DNA of 63,235 nucleotides, the filler included, from Octopus bimaculoides (taxonomy: Eukaryota), in assembly GCF_001194135.2 (NCBI RefSeq). It is 6 parts of 5 records of this genome, joined end to end, with 100 filler letters (N's around TTAATTAATTAA, not from the genome) between each part and the next. Parts side by side here need not be neighbours in the genome. Positions count along the whole stretch, not along the records: positions 1 to 23,739 come from NC_068982.1; positions 23,840 to 44,018 come from NC_068981.1; 4 more parts are not named here. The stretch is one strand, 5' to 3'. The position numbers were made by a program, and so were the translations under genes. Each line of letters begins with the position of its first letter. Positions within the stretch are counted from its first letter, which is position 1. The notes under the pieces are model-generated. The model made no database searches. It worked only from the letters and a program-made list of their open reading frames with translations, and had not been told where the DNA came from. Positions 11,849 through 25,596 of the stretch are shown piece after piece.

Positions 11849-14800
11849 CCCTGTTGTTGAGATTGAAATTTCAATGAAAGAGTCTTGGATCTAGGTTAGA
11901 AACCGGTTCTTTGTCTATTGGCAAGAAATCTTGAAATAAACTGAATGATGACATACATGCACACATATACATACATACATACATACATACATACATACAT
12001 GTATACATACAAACATACATACATACATACATACATACATACATACATACATACATAGAGAATAACTGTAAAAGTAACAATGTCATTAGATCTAAACCGG
12101 CAGCTGCGAAGAATGAACTCTGGAGATGCACTGAACCATTCCCTAAAGATCAGAACTGCGATGGCTGAAGTGCAGTGGCATTGGAGGTATTCGGTTGCAA
12201 CTTACCCGAATTAAAGAAAGCATTAGATTGTTTTCCCCATTTGAAGATGCGAAAGGCCCTTGAATTTTGCTAAGTTTCCTGAGAGCACAATTGCAGCGTT
12301 ATTCAACCTGCTTTCATCCTGACCGCCATATTGAAGTTAACTACAGGAAGTAATTGTATTGTAATTGATAGGATTATGTATCACAAGAGTAGAGTTCAAG
12401 GAGAGAGCCTCTGTATATTACTGTGTACAATTGCAGTGAACACAAAATTCTTTTTGTTGAAGGATATATGATTTGTCAAGAAAATGCCAGAAATACAAAC
12501 TTGGTACGTAGCTGCTTTGATGCCAACCTGAAAGTGTTCATAACAATAATATGAACGTGATGAAGAAGAATCCTGACCTGGTTACAGCATTATCATAGGA
12601 CATAGAGTTTTGTCATGTTAAAAGTTCTTAATTGATTGCAAAAACATGAGGGAGTTACTAACTAGTCTAGTAGCTTTTCTATCAATAAGCTAACAATAAT
12701 TCCTACGTTTGATGTATAATACTATGGGCACCTGAAGCGAGCGAAAATATATCCTTAGATGGTAGTTATGATAGTAATAATGTACGCATAACCCGGGAAT
12801 ATTATACATGGATAAAAAATATGGCCATATAAGCCATCTTTTTATAGGCTATATCAGTGTGTTGACAGTGTGTTTGTTATGCTAATACACTTATTAACAT
12901 TTAGGCTGCGCTATTCGATACTAAATGAGATCTGGCGCATTGGTGTTAAAACCCGAAAACTATGCACCACCAGAAATACCAACATCAAAAGTGATATTGA
13001 TTGCCTCTATCGAAAATGAAAACGGAGGAGAATGTTTGGCATCGATTGAAACAACCCTAACAAAGGCCCTAAAAATATGTAAAACATACCAGGAGTTTAA
13101 CATGTAGTAGACACACATACAAACGTATGTATGTGTACAACCGTGCCTTCACAATGTGTAAGGACACGAACTATGAAAACATGCATACTTGCATGCATAC
13201 ATACATACATAAATACATACATACATACATATACACATGCATACTTACATATTTGCATACATACATACATTCAAGCAAACATGCATACAAACTCACATAT
13301 TTACATTCGTGCATGCATACCAACATGCATACATACTCACATAGACATGAACCATGTTGATGTCTAAAATACAATAAAAGAGCCGTGTTTCTGAGTTGGA
13401 GACCAACTCTTTAATGAAGTGAGATTTTATACGTAGGTATATACATGAACAAAATTTGCATCTTCTACACTTGTATGGTGTGTTGAGCACGAAGGAGCTG
13501 GGCTTTGTTAGCTATCCTGTAAAGAGGGTGTGACAACTAGCCATGATCTTCAGAAAGAAAATTTACGGTTGACCCTTTGAATATTGGATGAAGTAAAGCA
13601 TTTTGATGAGCTATTAATAGCCACTGAAACTAATGAAACATTTTATTTTCCAGAGAGATCTTTGTGAATTGAACTAAAAATCTATATGCGCAATAAGACT
13701 AACACTATGTCGATATGTAATTATATTTTCAAACTTATACATTCATATATGCACATATAAATATATGCATACATATGATGAAATGTTAAAAAACAAACAT
13801 AAAGGACATAGAAAGGAAAACGTGTGCCGAATATGGTATTAATTGAGGGGTTGAAGGGAGTGCATTAACGTTTCGGACGTTAGTCATGTATCAGAAGGAA
13901 AATAAACACAGAACAAAACAGTGAGAGTGGTAGCAGAGTGAATTAGTAATAAAGAATAAAGAAACGGGGAAGCTGGTAGGGAAAGAAGATCATGAAAAAG
14001 AACTTAAGAGGAAGTACCAGGAAGGGAAAAGTTTAAAGAAGTTGTGGGTTGATTATTAATAAAAGTGATAATTAGTAACAAAGTGATGATGAGTAAACAC
14101 TGGAAAAAGTAATAAAAAAGATATCCAATGTAGAGTTCCGAAAGATATGTCAAAGTTAGAGTTCCGAGGTCGAATCCAGAGGAAGTCTATATGGCCATCA
14201 AATTTGATGATGTGTATCTTCTCCTGTGCTCCTAAAGAATAACAGGAACAGAGGCTGCAGCTGCGCAAGCAATTGAAGAATCACAATGCTACAGCCTTTA
14301 TCACACGTCCCACGTGTTCTAAAGTGCAAGAAAACTACAGAAGTGGCAATATTCCATCGTTTTAGATGATGTTGTTGTGATTTGTCATCCTGATTACTAT
14401 TAAAATGATCTCTTCTGAAACCCAAAATCCATGAACTGAACTACAGAAGAGACATGCTTAAAGTGGAGTTACAGAATACAGTTGCTAGCATTTCTGTTTT
14501 ACTCTGTGAAAAAAAAATAAATCCAGTGGTAATATTGACCCGTAAATCTGGTACAGTTATCAAGTTGCTGGTGTCAGCTTGGAAACGTCTTTAAAATTGA
14601 CAGTCACAGCTTATTCTTCTCTCAAAGCATACATCCTTAATCTTTGTCTTCCTGGATTCACTCACAAGGCAACAGGGTAGGATAAGGCTGGGCAGAGCTG
14701 GGCAAAGCTGGGCAGAGCAGGAAAAATAGGTCGCCTAAATGCAGCTAAGGAACGCGATCATAATCCCTTCCAGAAAAAACAGGGGCTGTGAAAGTGATCC

Positions 14801-15097
14801 CAATGTGGTAATGCAGTGATTTTGTTCATTATCTTGAGTATTTCTACGACCTTGTATACTTGCTATATTCTGGGTCAATTCTTTATCTTGGCAGGCGTTC
14901 TTTTTCTCCTCCAGGGTTTGTTGCAACGCTTTCTCTCTAGCTAACGCTGTTGAGTGTCAGTTTACCGTCGCCGAACAGATCATGCAACTGGTTGTTTTGA
15001 ATTACAGACATCGAGTAACACTCAAAGTGACCTGACATTCACACACACACACATACAAATGCATGCATATAAACAGTTTACATTTCCATTTCTATAT

Positions 15098-15179
<82 letters not shown>

Positions 15180-15549
15180 ATGCATATGCACATATATAAT
15201 ATATATATGTATGGATGTCTGTATGCATGCATTCTACGATACCACCCAATCTCTTATCTAAGGAATCTCTTAAAAATTATTGATCTGTTCGTCGATCATG
15301 TAACTAATTTGTTGTCGTTTAACTTCTTTGATCTTTTAATCTCCCTTTTCATTGATCCGTTCATTTCTAACTACACGATGCGCAGATCCCTTAATCTTTC
15401 TCGTTCTATTGATCCTTCGATCCAGTAATTATTTCTCCTCCATACTAATCAACTACCTCAATGTTTGGGTCTCCGTCTCTTCACTTATCACCTCATTAAA
15501 AACTACACCATACATATTCTCAGTTATTGTCTTGTCTCATCTGCCCTCT

Positions 15550-16260
15550 ACTTTACTTCTTCCTCTCCTCCTATTCCTTCTCTCCTCACCTCTTTATTCT
15601 GTCTCTTACTTCTCCTCTCTCATCCTTTATTCTCTCTCTTTCTCTCTTTCCTCTCAATTTTCTTCATTTCCCTTCCCGCTTCTTTCTAATCCTTTTCTGC
15701 ACTTCCTTACCCCCTCCCTTTCTCTCTTCTTTATCTTTCTTATCTTTTCTTCCTTCGTATTTTTCCTCGTATCTCTGTTCATATTTTCGTTTCTTCAGAC
15801 TTTCTCTATATTTCTAATTCTGGTTCTTTTTTTCTCTCTTCCTTTTCTCCCCCTCCCCATCTCTTTCTTTTTACTTCCATCCCCACTCCCTTTCTGTCTG
15901 AGTTGCCTTCTCTTCCCTACCTCAATTCAATCCATATATATTAACTTTCCTCCGAGTCCAGTCTTTCTGCCCACCTCATTTACTGGCCCCCATATATCGA
16001 TTACCTCCCCTTCTTTATACCGTCCATCTCTGCTTTCTTTAGTTTTCGCCTCATACAACTCAATTCTCTTTTCTATCTTCTCATATCTCTTTCCCATCAC
16101 TCATCTCTCTCTCCCTCTCTTCAACTCCCCCTCTCTCTTTTAGTCTCTCGATCAGTTTATCTCTCGCTTTCTCATTCTCTATTTTCTCCCTCATTAATTC
16201 ACATACACGAATGCGCACGCATACATACACACGCACACACACATACGTACCCCCGTCTCT
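15550..16260. repeat. Pyrimidine-rich (CT/TTC) low-complexity tract
   Basis: About 700 bp dominated by C and T on the plus strand. Confidence 0.9.
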
Positions 16261-16967
16261 TTGACTTTCAGTCTCTCTTGATTAGTATCTCTCTTTGGCT
16301 TTCTCTATTTTTCTCCGGCATCAATTTACAAACATACACACACTCTCTCTCTGCCCCATCTCTTTGCAATTTCCATTCAACCAAATACGTTTTCTATCGT
16401 ATCATATCACACTTACTCTCCTTAAATCTTTCTTTCTCTCATTCTCACCCTGTTTCAAGATGTCTTCTCCGTCTGAAAGCCACACACACCCCCACTCTCC
16501 TTCCCACACTCCGTCATTGAATTAAAGTCAACGTGTCATCAGATAGAACAGGCGTGTTAATGTTTATATCAGTAGATTTATTTTTAATAGATTATAATCA
16601 CAGGAGCAGTGGAGGGGCAGAAATATTAGAGTGCCGGATTAAATGCCTTGCGTTATATTTCGTTAAGTTCCTTTATGTTCAAAGTTTAAATCCGGCCAGA
16701 GTTGGCTTTACTTTCATCTTTGTGCAGATGTTAAAACGAGAGCCAGTAATGTAGTAACATCGCTTTAATTGACTCTACCCTTTGCCTACAACTGTGTGAC
16801 CCTATGCAACATTTAAAATTCAATAAATTATAACTACAGATCTGATATGATGTGTTATTACATGATGTGATATATACACTGCGATACGAAATATTCTTCA
16901 GCGTGAGTTTCGGGCAAAACGAAGAACGATTGTTCTGTTGTTTTGTTTTTGGGGGTTTTTTTGCCAG

Positions 16968-17064
16968 ACAGTCATAAATGTCAAGAGAAGTGCAGTAACG
17001 TTAACACTACCATAGATTACATTGTCAAAATTCCAAACAGATCAGTATTGGCGTATGTTAGAAG
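16968..17064 (+). CDS. Candidate exon of an unidentified gene
   Basis: T-rich tract plus AG at 16966-67 and AAG|GTAAAG donor. Only one frame is open: SHKCQEKCSNVNTTIDYIVKIPNRSVLAYVR. No family recognised. Confidence 0.3.
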
Positions 17065-19203
17065 GTAAAGTTTGTAACTCGAGAATTTTTGCAAGCTCTG
17101 ATAACTCAGACACAATTGTCTTTCAGTTCTTATATAATTGAGGCTTTTTGAGATTTATGTAATAGTCACTGACATGTTCACAAACACCTTTCAGCATTAC
17201 GATGGTGATTAATCTGTAAAATCTCGAGTTCTCGCATGTGAAAGAAACAGTTATAAAAGATGCTTTCATTGATGCCGTCTATTCACTTCATGCAGCTTCG
17301 AAACAGAGTGTAGAAACCATTTTTTACATAAATTCCATACAACGTGGACCTTCACCCCTATATTTTGTTGCATGTTGCACAGTTACTTTGGATTTCACTA
17401 GATAAATCATTTCTAAATAACACTGTCATGGATAATATTAGCTGATGGCATTGGTTATGATAATTGATATTAATATAACTGATATCACCAAGTTTAATTG
17501 TGAGATTGTAGTTAATGTTTTTATTCACGTGTCCATACTATGAATATATTTAACTATTGGGGTTGTTTTATTGTTTTTGATTGTGATAGTCTCTCTTTGC
17601 TAGCATACAAAAGGCGTTGAGATTTCACTCCAATATATTTTATTTTAGCTGAGTTTCAGAGTGTTTGTATCTAGGTAATGTGAATGTCAGCTAGCCATAC
17701 TGCTAAGGGTTCTAGGGAACATATATGGCCAACTAAATACAGATGATACATATTCAGTAAGGCATAGACATACCTGTGGTAAGACAGATATATTCTTATA
17801 AAGATTGCTCATATACAGCAACAATAGAATGCATTGATTTGGTGTTCCTGTTTGCTAGTACGTTGTCCTGGTCTCAACGTTGGACAGAAAATAGACCACT
17901 AAGAACTGGATTCGGAGGTGCATGGATAAACCTTAATTTTCTGACACGCGAAAACGTAACTCTCAAAAATAACAGAAATCTTTAGAATGTTGTATTTCAC
18001 CCTCTCCATGCCTTATAAAATCATGTGTAAGTAATTGCCGCTCTATATGACGTTATCATCAGTAGACATAGCGCCGCTCTTTGTTTCAACTGTGTGACCA
18101 TCCCATTGAGTTTTCTCTAGATATAATGTATTTGGGACTATATACCTTTAATTTTAAGATGGTTAAACGTTATTTGTAGAATGTAAGGCGATTAATCACG
18201 AAGATAATGTTCTGTTGGTTCGCTTGATTTGGTGTTGTTCTCTATGATGCCCGATGAATCAGGTGTATCCTGCATTAGAATACCAGTCTTAGGCAAATAC
18301 CAGTCTTACGAATATTCAGAAATCTATGCAATTCTATGCAATCCGAGATGAATGTTGTGCACTGTTCAAGAAATTCTTACTCACTTAGATTAGTTCCTCA
18401 TGAAGCATTCTTCATAATGTTTTTCTACGTATCTGACAGAAAGACCAAACACGCCATTATTGTTGTAGGCGTGACAAAACTGAGAAAACATTATATACTA
18501 CAACTGAGAAAGACATGGCAAAACACTGAGCAGTTGTGCATAGTTTTGTTTATAAAGTAATAATTAATTATTAAAATAAATTTTGTTAAGCAGTTACGCA
18601 TTCCAAACAACAAAGAACAGCATTAATGTATTTGTGAATGTTTTGGTCTTGCAAATATAACGTTAGTACAGGAAAACAAAATATATGTTGTACGTACTTG
18701 ATTGTGTAACTGGATTTAGTTGCTCCAACGTTTTTCCGTTTTAGTAAGAGATTCGTGGTGCTATTTTATACATCCAGATAAGTCGGCGAGCTGGCAGAAT
18801 TGTTACTGACCAAACAAAAATGCTTAGTAGCATTTCTCACTGTTCTTTATGTTCTGAGTTTAAAATGTAGCCAAAGTCCCTTTGCCTTTCATCATTTCGT
18901 AGTCGATAAAATAAGTACAAGTTGAGCATTGGGGTCGATGTAATTAATTTCTCTCCCACTAAAAATTGCAGGTTTTGTTCCAACATCAGGAAAGATTTTA
19001 TATATCAGGATTCGCTATTCACTTCTTTTATAGATTGATGATGTTCCCCCCCCCCCACCGATTTATATTCTTCACGAAACTTGAAAAGATATGTTTATTT
19101 AGTATTTGTTCAATGTTCTGATATTCTTAATTCATGTGTGTTTCACTATTTGAAGTCGTCTGCACAGTTTTGAAATTTAAACGTTAGGAGATATATACAT
19201 GCA

Positions 19204-19272
<69 letters not shown>

Positions 19273-19699
19273 CTATGATTGTATTTCTATTTCCATAGCT
19301 TGACTGTGACTATAAATAACATTTTTGAGCTGAACATTATTCTCAATTTTTCTGATCTTCCTAACTACACAAATATAATTCTCCTCGTATTTAAATTTCA
19401 AAACTACATAGAAATACATATACGAGTGGAACATCAAAACGTCGAATAAATACAAAATAACACATTCCATTTTATGTTTATTTGCAAATTTATTTTTCAA
19501 ATTTTGTAAAGAAAGTACATGGTTAAGAGAAAAAAAAATCTAGCCGATCTGTAAAAGAAGTGAATAATAGACCCAGATGCATTGAAGAAAATATTTTAGT
19601 TTCGTTATTTATGTGTGAAATATTGAAATATTGACGTATCTAACAAATCAAGCACTTAGCTTTATATACAGCAATAGAACTGCTTTTTACCGTGGGTTA

Positions 19700-20110
19700 A
19701 AATAATAGTTCAACCTCAACAAGTACGACATCCCAGTACTGGACAAATACCCGTGTGCATTTGGACTTATGCGCATCAAACAAACCTCTCAAAACACAAG
19801 GGTTTTTCATTGTATATATATATCATGTGACAAAACCACAGACAGATAAAAATATATATATATTAATTGAAAAATACAAGCCGAGACTCAACAAATTACG
19901 ACAAAATATCCAGAAGAAACATTCACCAACACACCAAATTTTAAATTCGCTACTCAAATTTTAGAACAATAACGCCTAAAACAAACACTAAAAATTATAC
20001 ATCCACCAGCAATTATCAAGAAGTTTGTCACTAATTAAGTTAATAATATATCTTGCCTAAATAACCAATCAAAATTATGAAATTAGGAACGGCTATTATA
20101 AGGCGCCAAA
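19700..20110 (+). mobile_element. Possible Penelope GIY-YIG relic
   Basis: IVYIYHVTKPQTDKNIYILIEKYKPRLNK loosely resembles the IYxAxV...KxYIGxTE...FKxR pattern. Confidence 0.25.
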
Positions 20111-20436
20111 TTACAAATTTACTCTTCTCTATTTTTGTACATGCTACTAAATGAAGTGAATGACACCCAACTGCATTAAATTTTAAAATTCATGAAGATG
20201 TAAATCTAGTTATGTTAATGGAAGTGCATCTTTTAAAAGAGTTTAAGTGTCTTATCTAAATTCATTTCTTTATATTACTGCTTGTAGAGAATAAATAATT
20301 TTCTTCCGCACGCATGTGTGTGCGTGCGTGCGTGCGTGTATGGGTGAATACAAATTAATATATTCTTGCGATTTGAGCTTATATAGTACACCCTGAATTG
20401 ATGTAGTTATATGTAATTGAATACCTTTTTAGCTCT

Positions 20437-20935
20437 TACCTTCACTTCGTGGCTAGAACGTCGCTCTGCGACTATGTGGTTTCTGGTTCAGTCCCACTGC
20501 AGGGCACCTTTGGCAAGTATGCTATGGCTTTCGGATGACCAATGTTTTGTGAGTGAATTTGGTAGACGGAAATTGTGTGGAAGGCCGTTTATATGTATAT
20601 ATGTGTGTATGTGATTGTATATGTGAGCGTGTGAATGTGTGTGTATGTGTGTGTATGCGGCTGTACATGTGAGTGTGTGAATGTGTGTGTGTCTGTTTGT
20701 GTGAATGTGAGAGTGAGTGTGGGTTTGTGTAGTAGTGTTGTCCCCCTCCCCCTCGCTTGACAACCGCTGTTGGTTCAGTTACGTCCCGTAACCTTGCGGT
20801 TAGACATAAGAGAACGATAGAATAAATACCTGCCTTCCAAAATATCTACTGTGGTCGATTTGTTCTCCAAGCCCTTCCTAGATGGTGATCCAGCATGGCT
20901 GCAGTCCAATGACTGAAAGAAAAGTTTGAAAAATA
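20437..20935 (+). mobile_element. SINE family B
   Basis: Head, GGCACCTTTGGCAAGT core, TG-rich middle and conserved 3' part. Confidence 0.75.
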
Positions 20936-22239
20936 AATGATGTGTGTGTGTGGCATAGAAATAACTTGAAAAAATGCTAATCCCCAATAGCTATTTTAAG
21001 AACCCTGTAAACATGTTTTACTCAACTGTTATAACCTAAACAAGCTGCAAGTGACTAACAATATCCAAAACACTACAAAGAAGTGTCGTTCAAAACGTTA
21101 CGTTCTTTTTCAAAAGAAAATTCCTCCTCCTCCTCCTCCTCCTCCTTCTCCTCTTCCTCCTCCTCAGCTTTGACTTTTATCCTTTCGGGGTCGATAAAAA
21201 TAATAGTAGTAGTCCACGTTGGTGGGTTGGTGGAATTGTAAGAGTGTCGAAAGTGGTGCCTTGCAGTATATCTTCCGGCTCTGTGCTTTCAAAGTTCAAA
21301 TCCCACCCTTCACTGAAAAATGGTGACATTTCTGCCAGAACTTCTGACCAACAGATAAGTATCACCAGTTTGAAAAAATAATGGAAACATGGTTTCCTTG
21401 GTCCGATCACCGACGGATCGGCTGCAACCACTACCACCACAAAATAATATTTAACTACATAGGACCTGAGGGAAATAACAGCCAGTTCTTCGGATCGCAT
21501 CCTGCTGCTTTAGTATGGTAATGACATTTATGTGGCCAGGTTTCTCACAGTTTGAGTAGATTTTACCATCATTCATGCACAAGGGAGACTGTGTCAGGGT
21601 TAAAAATCAACCAACCAGCCAGCCAGCCAGCCAGCCAGCCAGCAATCCAGCCAAGCAATCTACTTATCAATTAACTAAACAACAACCAGCCAACCAACAC
21701 CCAATCAACCTACAAACAAACAAAGCAACCAACCGATCAAACCAATCAAATCAAACAATCTACCAATGAACCAACCAACCAACCAACCAACCAACCAACC
21801 AGCCAACCAACAAACCATGCCTCACTAATTTCCAACCAATCACAATGAAGTGCTTGTCAATCAATTAAAACCCTGCCAGAGAGCTACCCTTTGGATCCAC
21901 TTCTAAGTTCATTTACTCACTCAGTAATTACAACTTCATTTTTACACTTCTACCCTGAATAACGACGACTGCATGATCGGTCGATCGATTTGTTAATATT
22001 TCTTATTCCTTTTTTAAAAAAGACATCTGTTTATATCTGCTTCATACATAAGTCACGTACCCTAGTAGAGAAGATGAACGTCTGAACGCTATATTAGCTA
22101 ATAACCTTTTTTTTTCTGCTGTTTGACCAAACATGGGTGTGTTATATATAGTTGAAATTTACAGAAAAACAAAAGACGAAGACAGGTGTATGAACAACAA
22201 GCAGGTGTATTAGTTTGACGCTCGAGAAAGTGAAAAAGT

Positions 22240-22275
22240 GTTTTACGTTTCGGGCCTACGCTCTTCAACGGAAAG
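22240..22275 (-). ncRNA. Variant-core hammerhead-like motif (CCGUUGA)
   Basis: Minus strand: CTTT CCGTTGA A GAGC-GTAG-GCCC GAA ACGT A AAAC; same repeat family as 3046-3081. Confidence 0.4.
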
Positions 22276-22561
22276 GAATAAGAGGAAATAAACAGAGAGA
22301 AAAAAACTTGTGGATTTAGCGATCAAATATGACGGCTTGTTGGGAAAAAAAGGTTTGACAGGAGAGGTAGAAAGAAGGGAGATGATAAAGTATTGGTTAT
22401 CTCAAAACGAAGGTGCCCGTGCGAGTGTGTGAGAATGTGTAAGTGTATGTGTAGATAGGGGTTAGTAACTTTGACGTGTGGATGTATGCGTGTGTAAGTG
22501 TGTGCGTCTGTAATGTGTGTGGATGAGATAAAGTACTGGTGATCCCAAAACGAAGGTGCGC

Positions 22562-22596
<35 letters not shown>

Positions 22597-22597
<1 letters not shown>

Positions 22598-23086
22598 TGC
22601 TATTTTAACCCTGGGGTTAAAATGGCAATATCGTCTTCTCTTAGAGAACATACACGTTAAAGTGGCCACAATACTTTTGGGTTCGTAAACTGCTTCTATC
22701 TCGAACAGATTTTCTAACGGACTAATTTTTCTAGTTACAAAATCAGTGATTGTATAACACTATTTTTTATGTATTGCAAGCGAGGTTAAACTACTGCCAC
22801 GCCTAGCAAACGAGTACCCACCATCGAAGAGATCCAATAAGATCGAAATCATGTGGTCGAGTGGTCTCGGAGCTAGGGTAGCAGGAGTTATCTCCTGCTT
22901 GCAATAAATATCGAGTGCGAAAGCGCACTAAATTAACCAGCTGGAAGATATGTCTTCCTGGGGTTAAAATAGCAATATCATCTTCTCTTAAAGAACATCC
23001 ACATTAAAGTAGCGGTACACACAACTGTTTGGTTCGTATACTGCCTCTATCTCGAATAGAGATTCTCTAACGGACTAGTTTCTTAG
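22597..23086. repeat. About 1.4 tandem copies of a 347-bp self-complementary unit (retrozyme-like)
   Basis: A ~130-bp segment recurs at offset 347 (CTGGGGTTAAAAT at 22611 and 22958). The interior has nested inverted repeats and a decayed hammerhead-like core at 22824-22848. Confidence 0.55.
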
Positions 23087-23683
23087 AAAAAAAGAAAGAA
23101 AGAAAATGAAAAAGGAAAATAGAAAAAGAGAGAAACAAGAAGAAATAGGAAGAGAAAGAGAAAGAAACCCGGAAATGAAGGACAAAAATAGGAAAGAATT
23201 CGGTGACCGTTGTTTCTAAAGGAATTTGGTCACCTCTCTCATACCATCGTAGTAGACTACCAAGGACAAACAGTATTACCATAGGGTATTTGAAATTTGA
23301 TGTCTGCCACTTTCTGCAGTGGTCAGCTTATAGTTAAATTCTACGATATCTAGTTCATTGTTAGTATGGTTACTACTACATTTGTTAGGGATGTGCTTAT
23401 CTAAGACAGCAAGATTTCTTTAGTTATCCAAACTGAGAAGCAATGGAATCTGTATAGGACGTTTCAACTAGAATGAAAGTAAAAATAAAAACAAAGAGAG
23501 AATGGAGACACACATAAATGGATTATGAGTTAAGAAGATTAAACTGCAATACCATAAGGAAAAATAGAAGGATAAATAAAGGATAAATATATAACGATAA
23601 TAATAATAATATCAATATGGGAAAGTAGAAATACCAAACCAAAAATAAAATAAGCCATGGTAAATATAAATAAGACGCGGGGA

Positions 23684-23739
<56 letters not shown>

Positions 23740-23839
23740 NNNNNNNNNNNNNNNNNNNNNNNNNNNNNNNNNNNNNNNNNNNNTTAATTAATTAANNNNN
23801 NNNNNNNNNNNNNNNNNNNNNNNNNNNNNNNNNNNNNNN
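23740..23839. other. Artificial 100-bp join (44 N, TTAATTAATTAA, 44 N)
   Basis: Spacer at 23784-95 gives stops in all six frames; identical layout at four other sites. Confidence 0.95.
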
Positions 23840-24169
23840 ATAAAGAGTATACCCCTTCGTCAGTTGTCCCTGTTTCATCTACTCCGCATTTCGAAGGCAA
23901 GGACAATACGCGACTTCGTTGAAGCAGTCCTTCCCGCAAAGCAAATTAAATAAAATTTGGGATGTTTTGCGGAGGGTGAAAGTGGACACAGAATGTAACA
24001 AGGCTGGCCCCTTTGAAATACAGGTACTACTCATTTTTGCTAGCTCTGTGGACTAAAACAGCGTGAAATAAAGTGTCTTGCTCATTGACAAAACGCGCCG
24101 CCAGGTATCGAACTCACGATCTTACGATCGTCAGCTGAATACCCTAACCACTTAGCCACGCACCTTCAT

Positions 24170-25290
24170 CTATGGACCGACCGAGTAGTAGCTGTCTTCT
24201 CTTTCCCCCCTCATTTTAATGGCTGTTAGTATTCTCCATGTCTGCTGAGCAGGGGGATCTTCAAAATTCGATTATGACTGGGAATAGCCACGCTTGCCGT
24301 CCTTTCTTCCTGCAAAAGGCTCTGCTATTCGGAACTCTTCTGTTCAAAGGATTGATTGTACTCTTCTTCGTTGGGGGCTGTAAGTTCGATCAAGATAAAC
24401 TTTGCCACGTCAGATAACTGGATCACATCCAGCTTGTAACCTTCCTCCCAGGCCCACTCTCATAACACCCGATGGTGGTATATTATTATTTGTTCTCCTT
24501 AAGAACATTTACTCTTCTACAACTGTAGCTGACGGCTTTTCTATCTTCTTCGCAAACTTGATAGATGGTATGGGTCTTTTTTCCTGTGTATGGTGTTTCT
24601 TGTATCTTCTCTGTTCAGGGTGTTGGAGTACCATAAGCACCTTGTCATAGAAACCTTACTATCTCTATAAGGTGGCAAGCTGGCAGAAACGTTAGCACGC
24701 CGGGCGAAATGCTTAGCGGTATTTCGTTTGCCGTTACGTTCTGAGTTCAAATTGCGCCGAGGTCAACTTTGCCTTTCATCCTTTCGGGGTCGATAAATTA
24801 AGTACCAGTTACGCACTGGCGTCGATGTAATCGACTTAATCCCTTTGTCTGTCCTTGTTTGTCCCCTCTATGTTTAGCCCCTTGTGGGCAATAAAGAAAT
24901 AAGAAATCTTGCTATCTCCTTGAGTGACTGATGTTTGACAACCTGACAAGATGTACCCCAAAGTGCCCTTCTCCTGTCAAAACCTACACTGTTGTTCCTC
25001 TCCACGCCCGTTATTCTTCACCTGTGCAGATATGTTGGTGTCGTGATGGAAGGAAATGCAGAAATGTTCTATTTCCCATAGATCCATCCATCAATCTTCC
25101 TATTGGGAAGATCCCATTTGATTCAAACTCCCTGGGATACTACTAACTCAACAGCTTTTGATCTTCGTCCTTTCTCCTCCTGGTCCTATACTTCTGTCTG
25201 GATCATGACTTTCTGATCTTTGTTGTCAGTTTTTCATCCATTGCTGGGAGTGGGAAGATCCGAGATCTTGTCTTCCCGCGCTTGTTATTT
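24170..25290 (-). mobile_element. Hero-like (RLE-type) non-LTR retrotransposon relic, split by a SINE
   Basis: Minus frames (with frameshifts) give KAVELVVSQGV*IKWDLPNRK, a CCHC-like C..C.EKGTLGYILSGCQTSVTQG, YDKVL, and an RLE segment LDVIQLSDVAKFILIELTAPNEEEYNQSFEQKSSE...PAQQTWRILTAI. Confidence 0.8.
24667..24902 (+). mobile_element. SINE family C (Deu/Nin-domain-like) inserted in the Hero-like LINE
   Basis: GAGTTCAAAT B-box, CATCCTTTCGGGGTCGATAAATTAAGTACCAG domain; 16-bp flanks GAAACCTTACTATCTC (24650-65) and GAAATCTTGCTATCTC (24903-18). Confidence 0.88.
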
Positions 25291-25596
25291 CATTTGTATG
25301 TAAGTATGTATGTATGTATGTATGTATGTATTATCGTTTGCATATCATAGTTGGCCGTAGCTGAGAAAGGCAAAATACTCAATGAAAAATTCGAAGATGG
25401 AACGAAGGCATGTGCCAGAGTGGGTGGAAGTTGCTGAATGAGGCTCTCATGTTACCACATCTGTACAAAAGAGTGTAGGTCCCTAGCTGGACTAGAAGTC
25501 CACATCCCCGTTGCTCTTATTTAAAAAGAGAGTCAAGCGATGGCATAGATCAAAATCAAGTTGCAGCCATCATGACTACATAGCTGTTATTTTGGT

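Noticed and set aside
13865-13897. Hammerhead-like remnant on - (CTGATACA...GTCC GAAACGTT)
   Set aside because: Core and stems too degraded to call separately.
15352-16143. 263-aa hydrophobic ORF
   Set aside because: Product of a CT-rich low-complexity tract; no domain.
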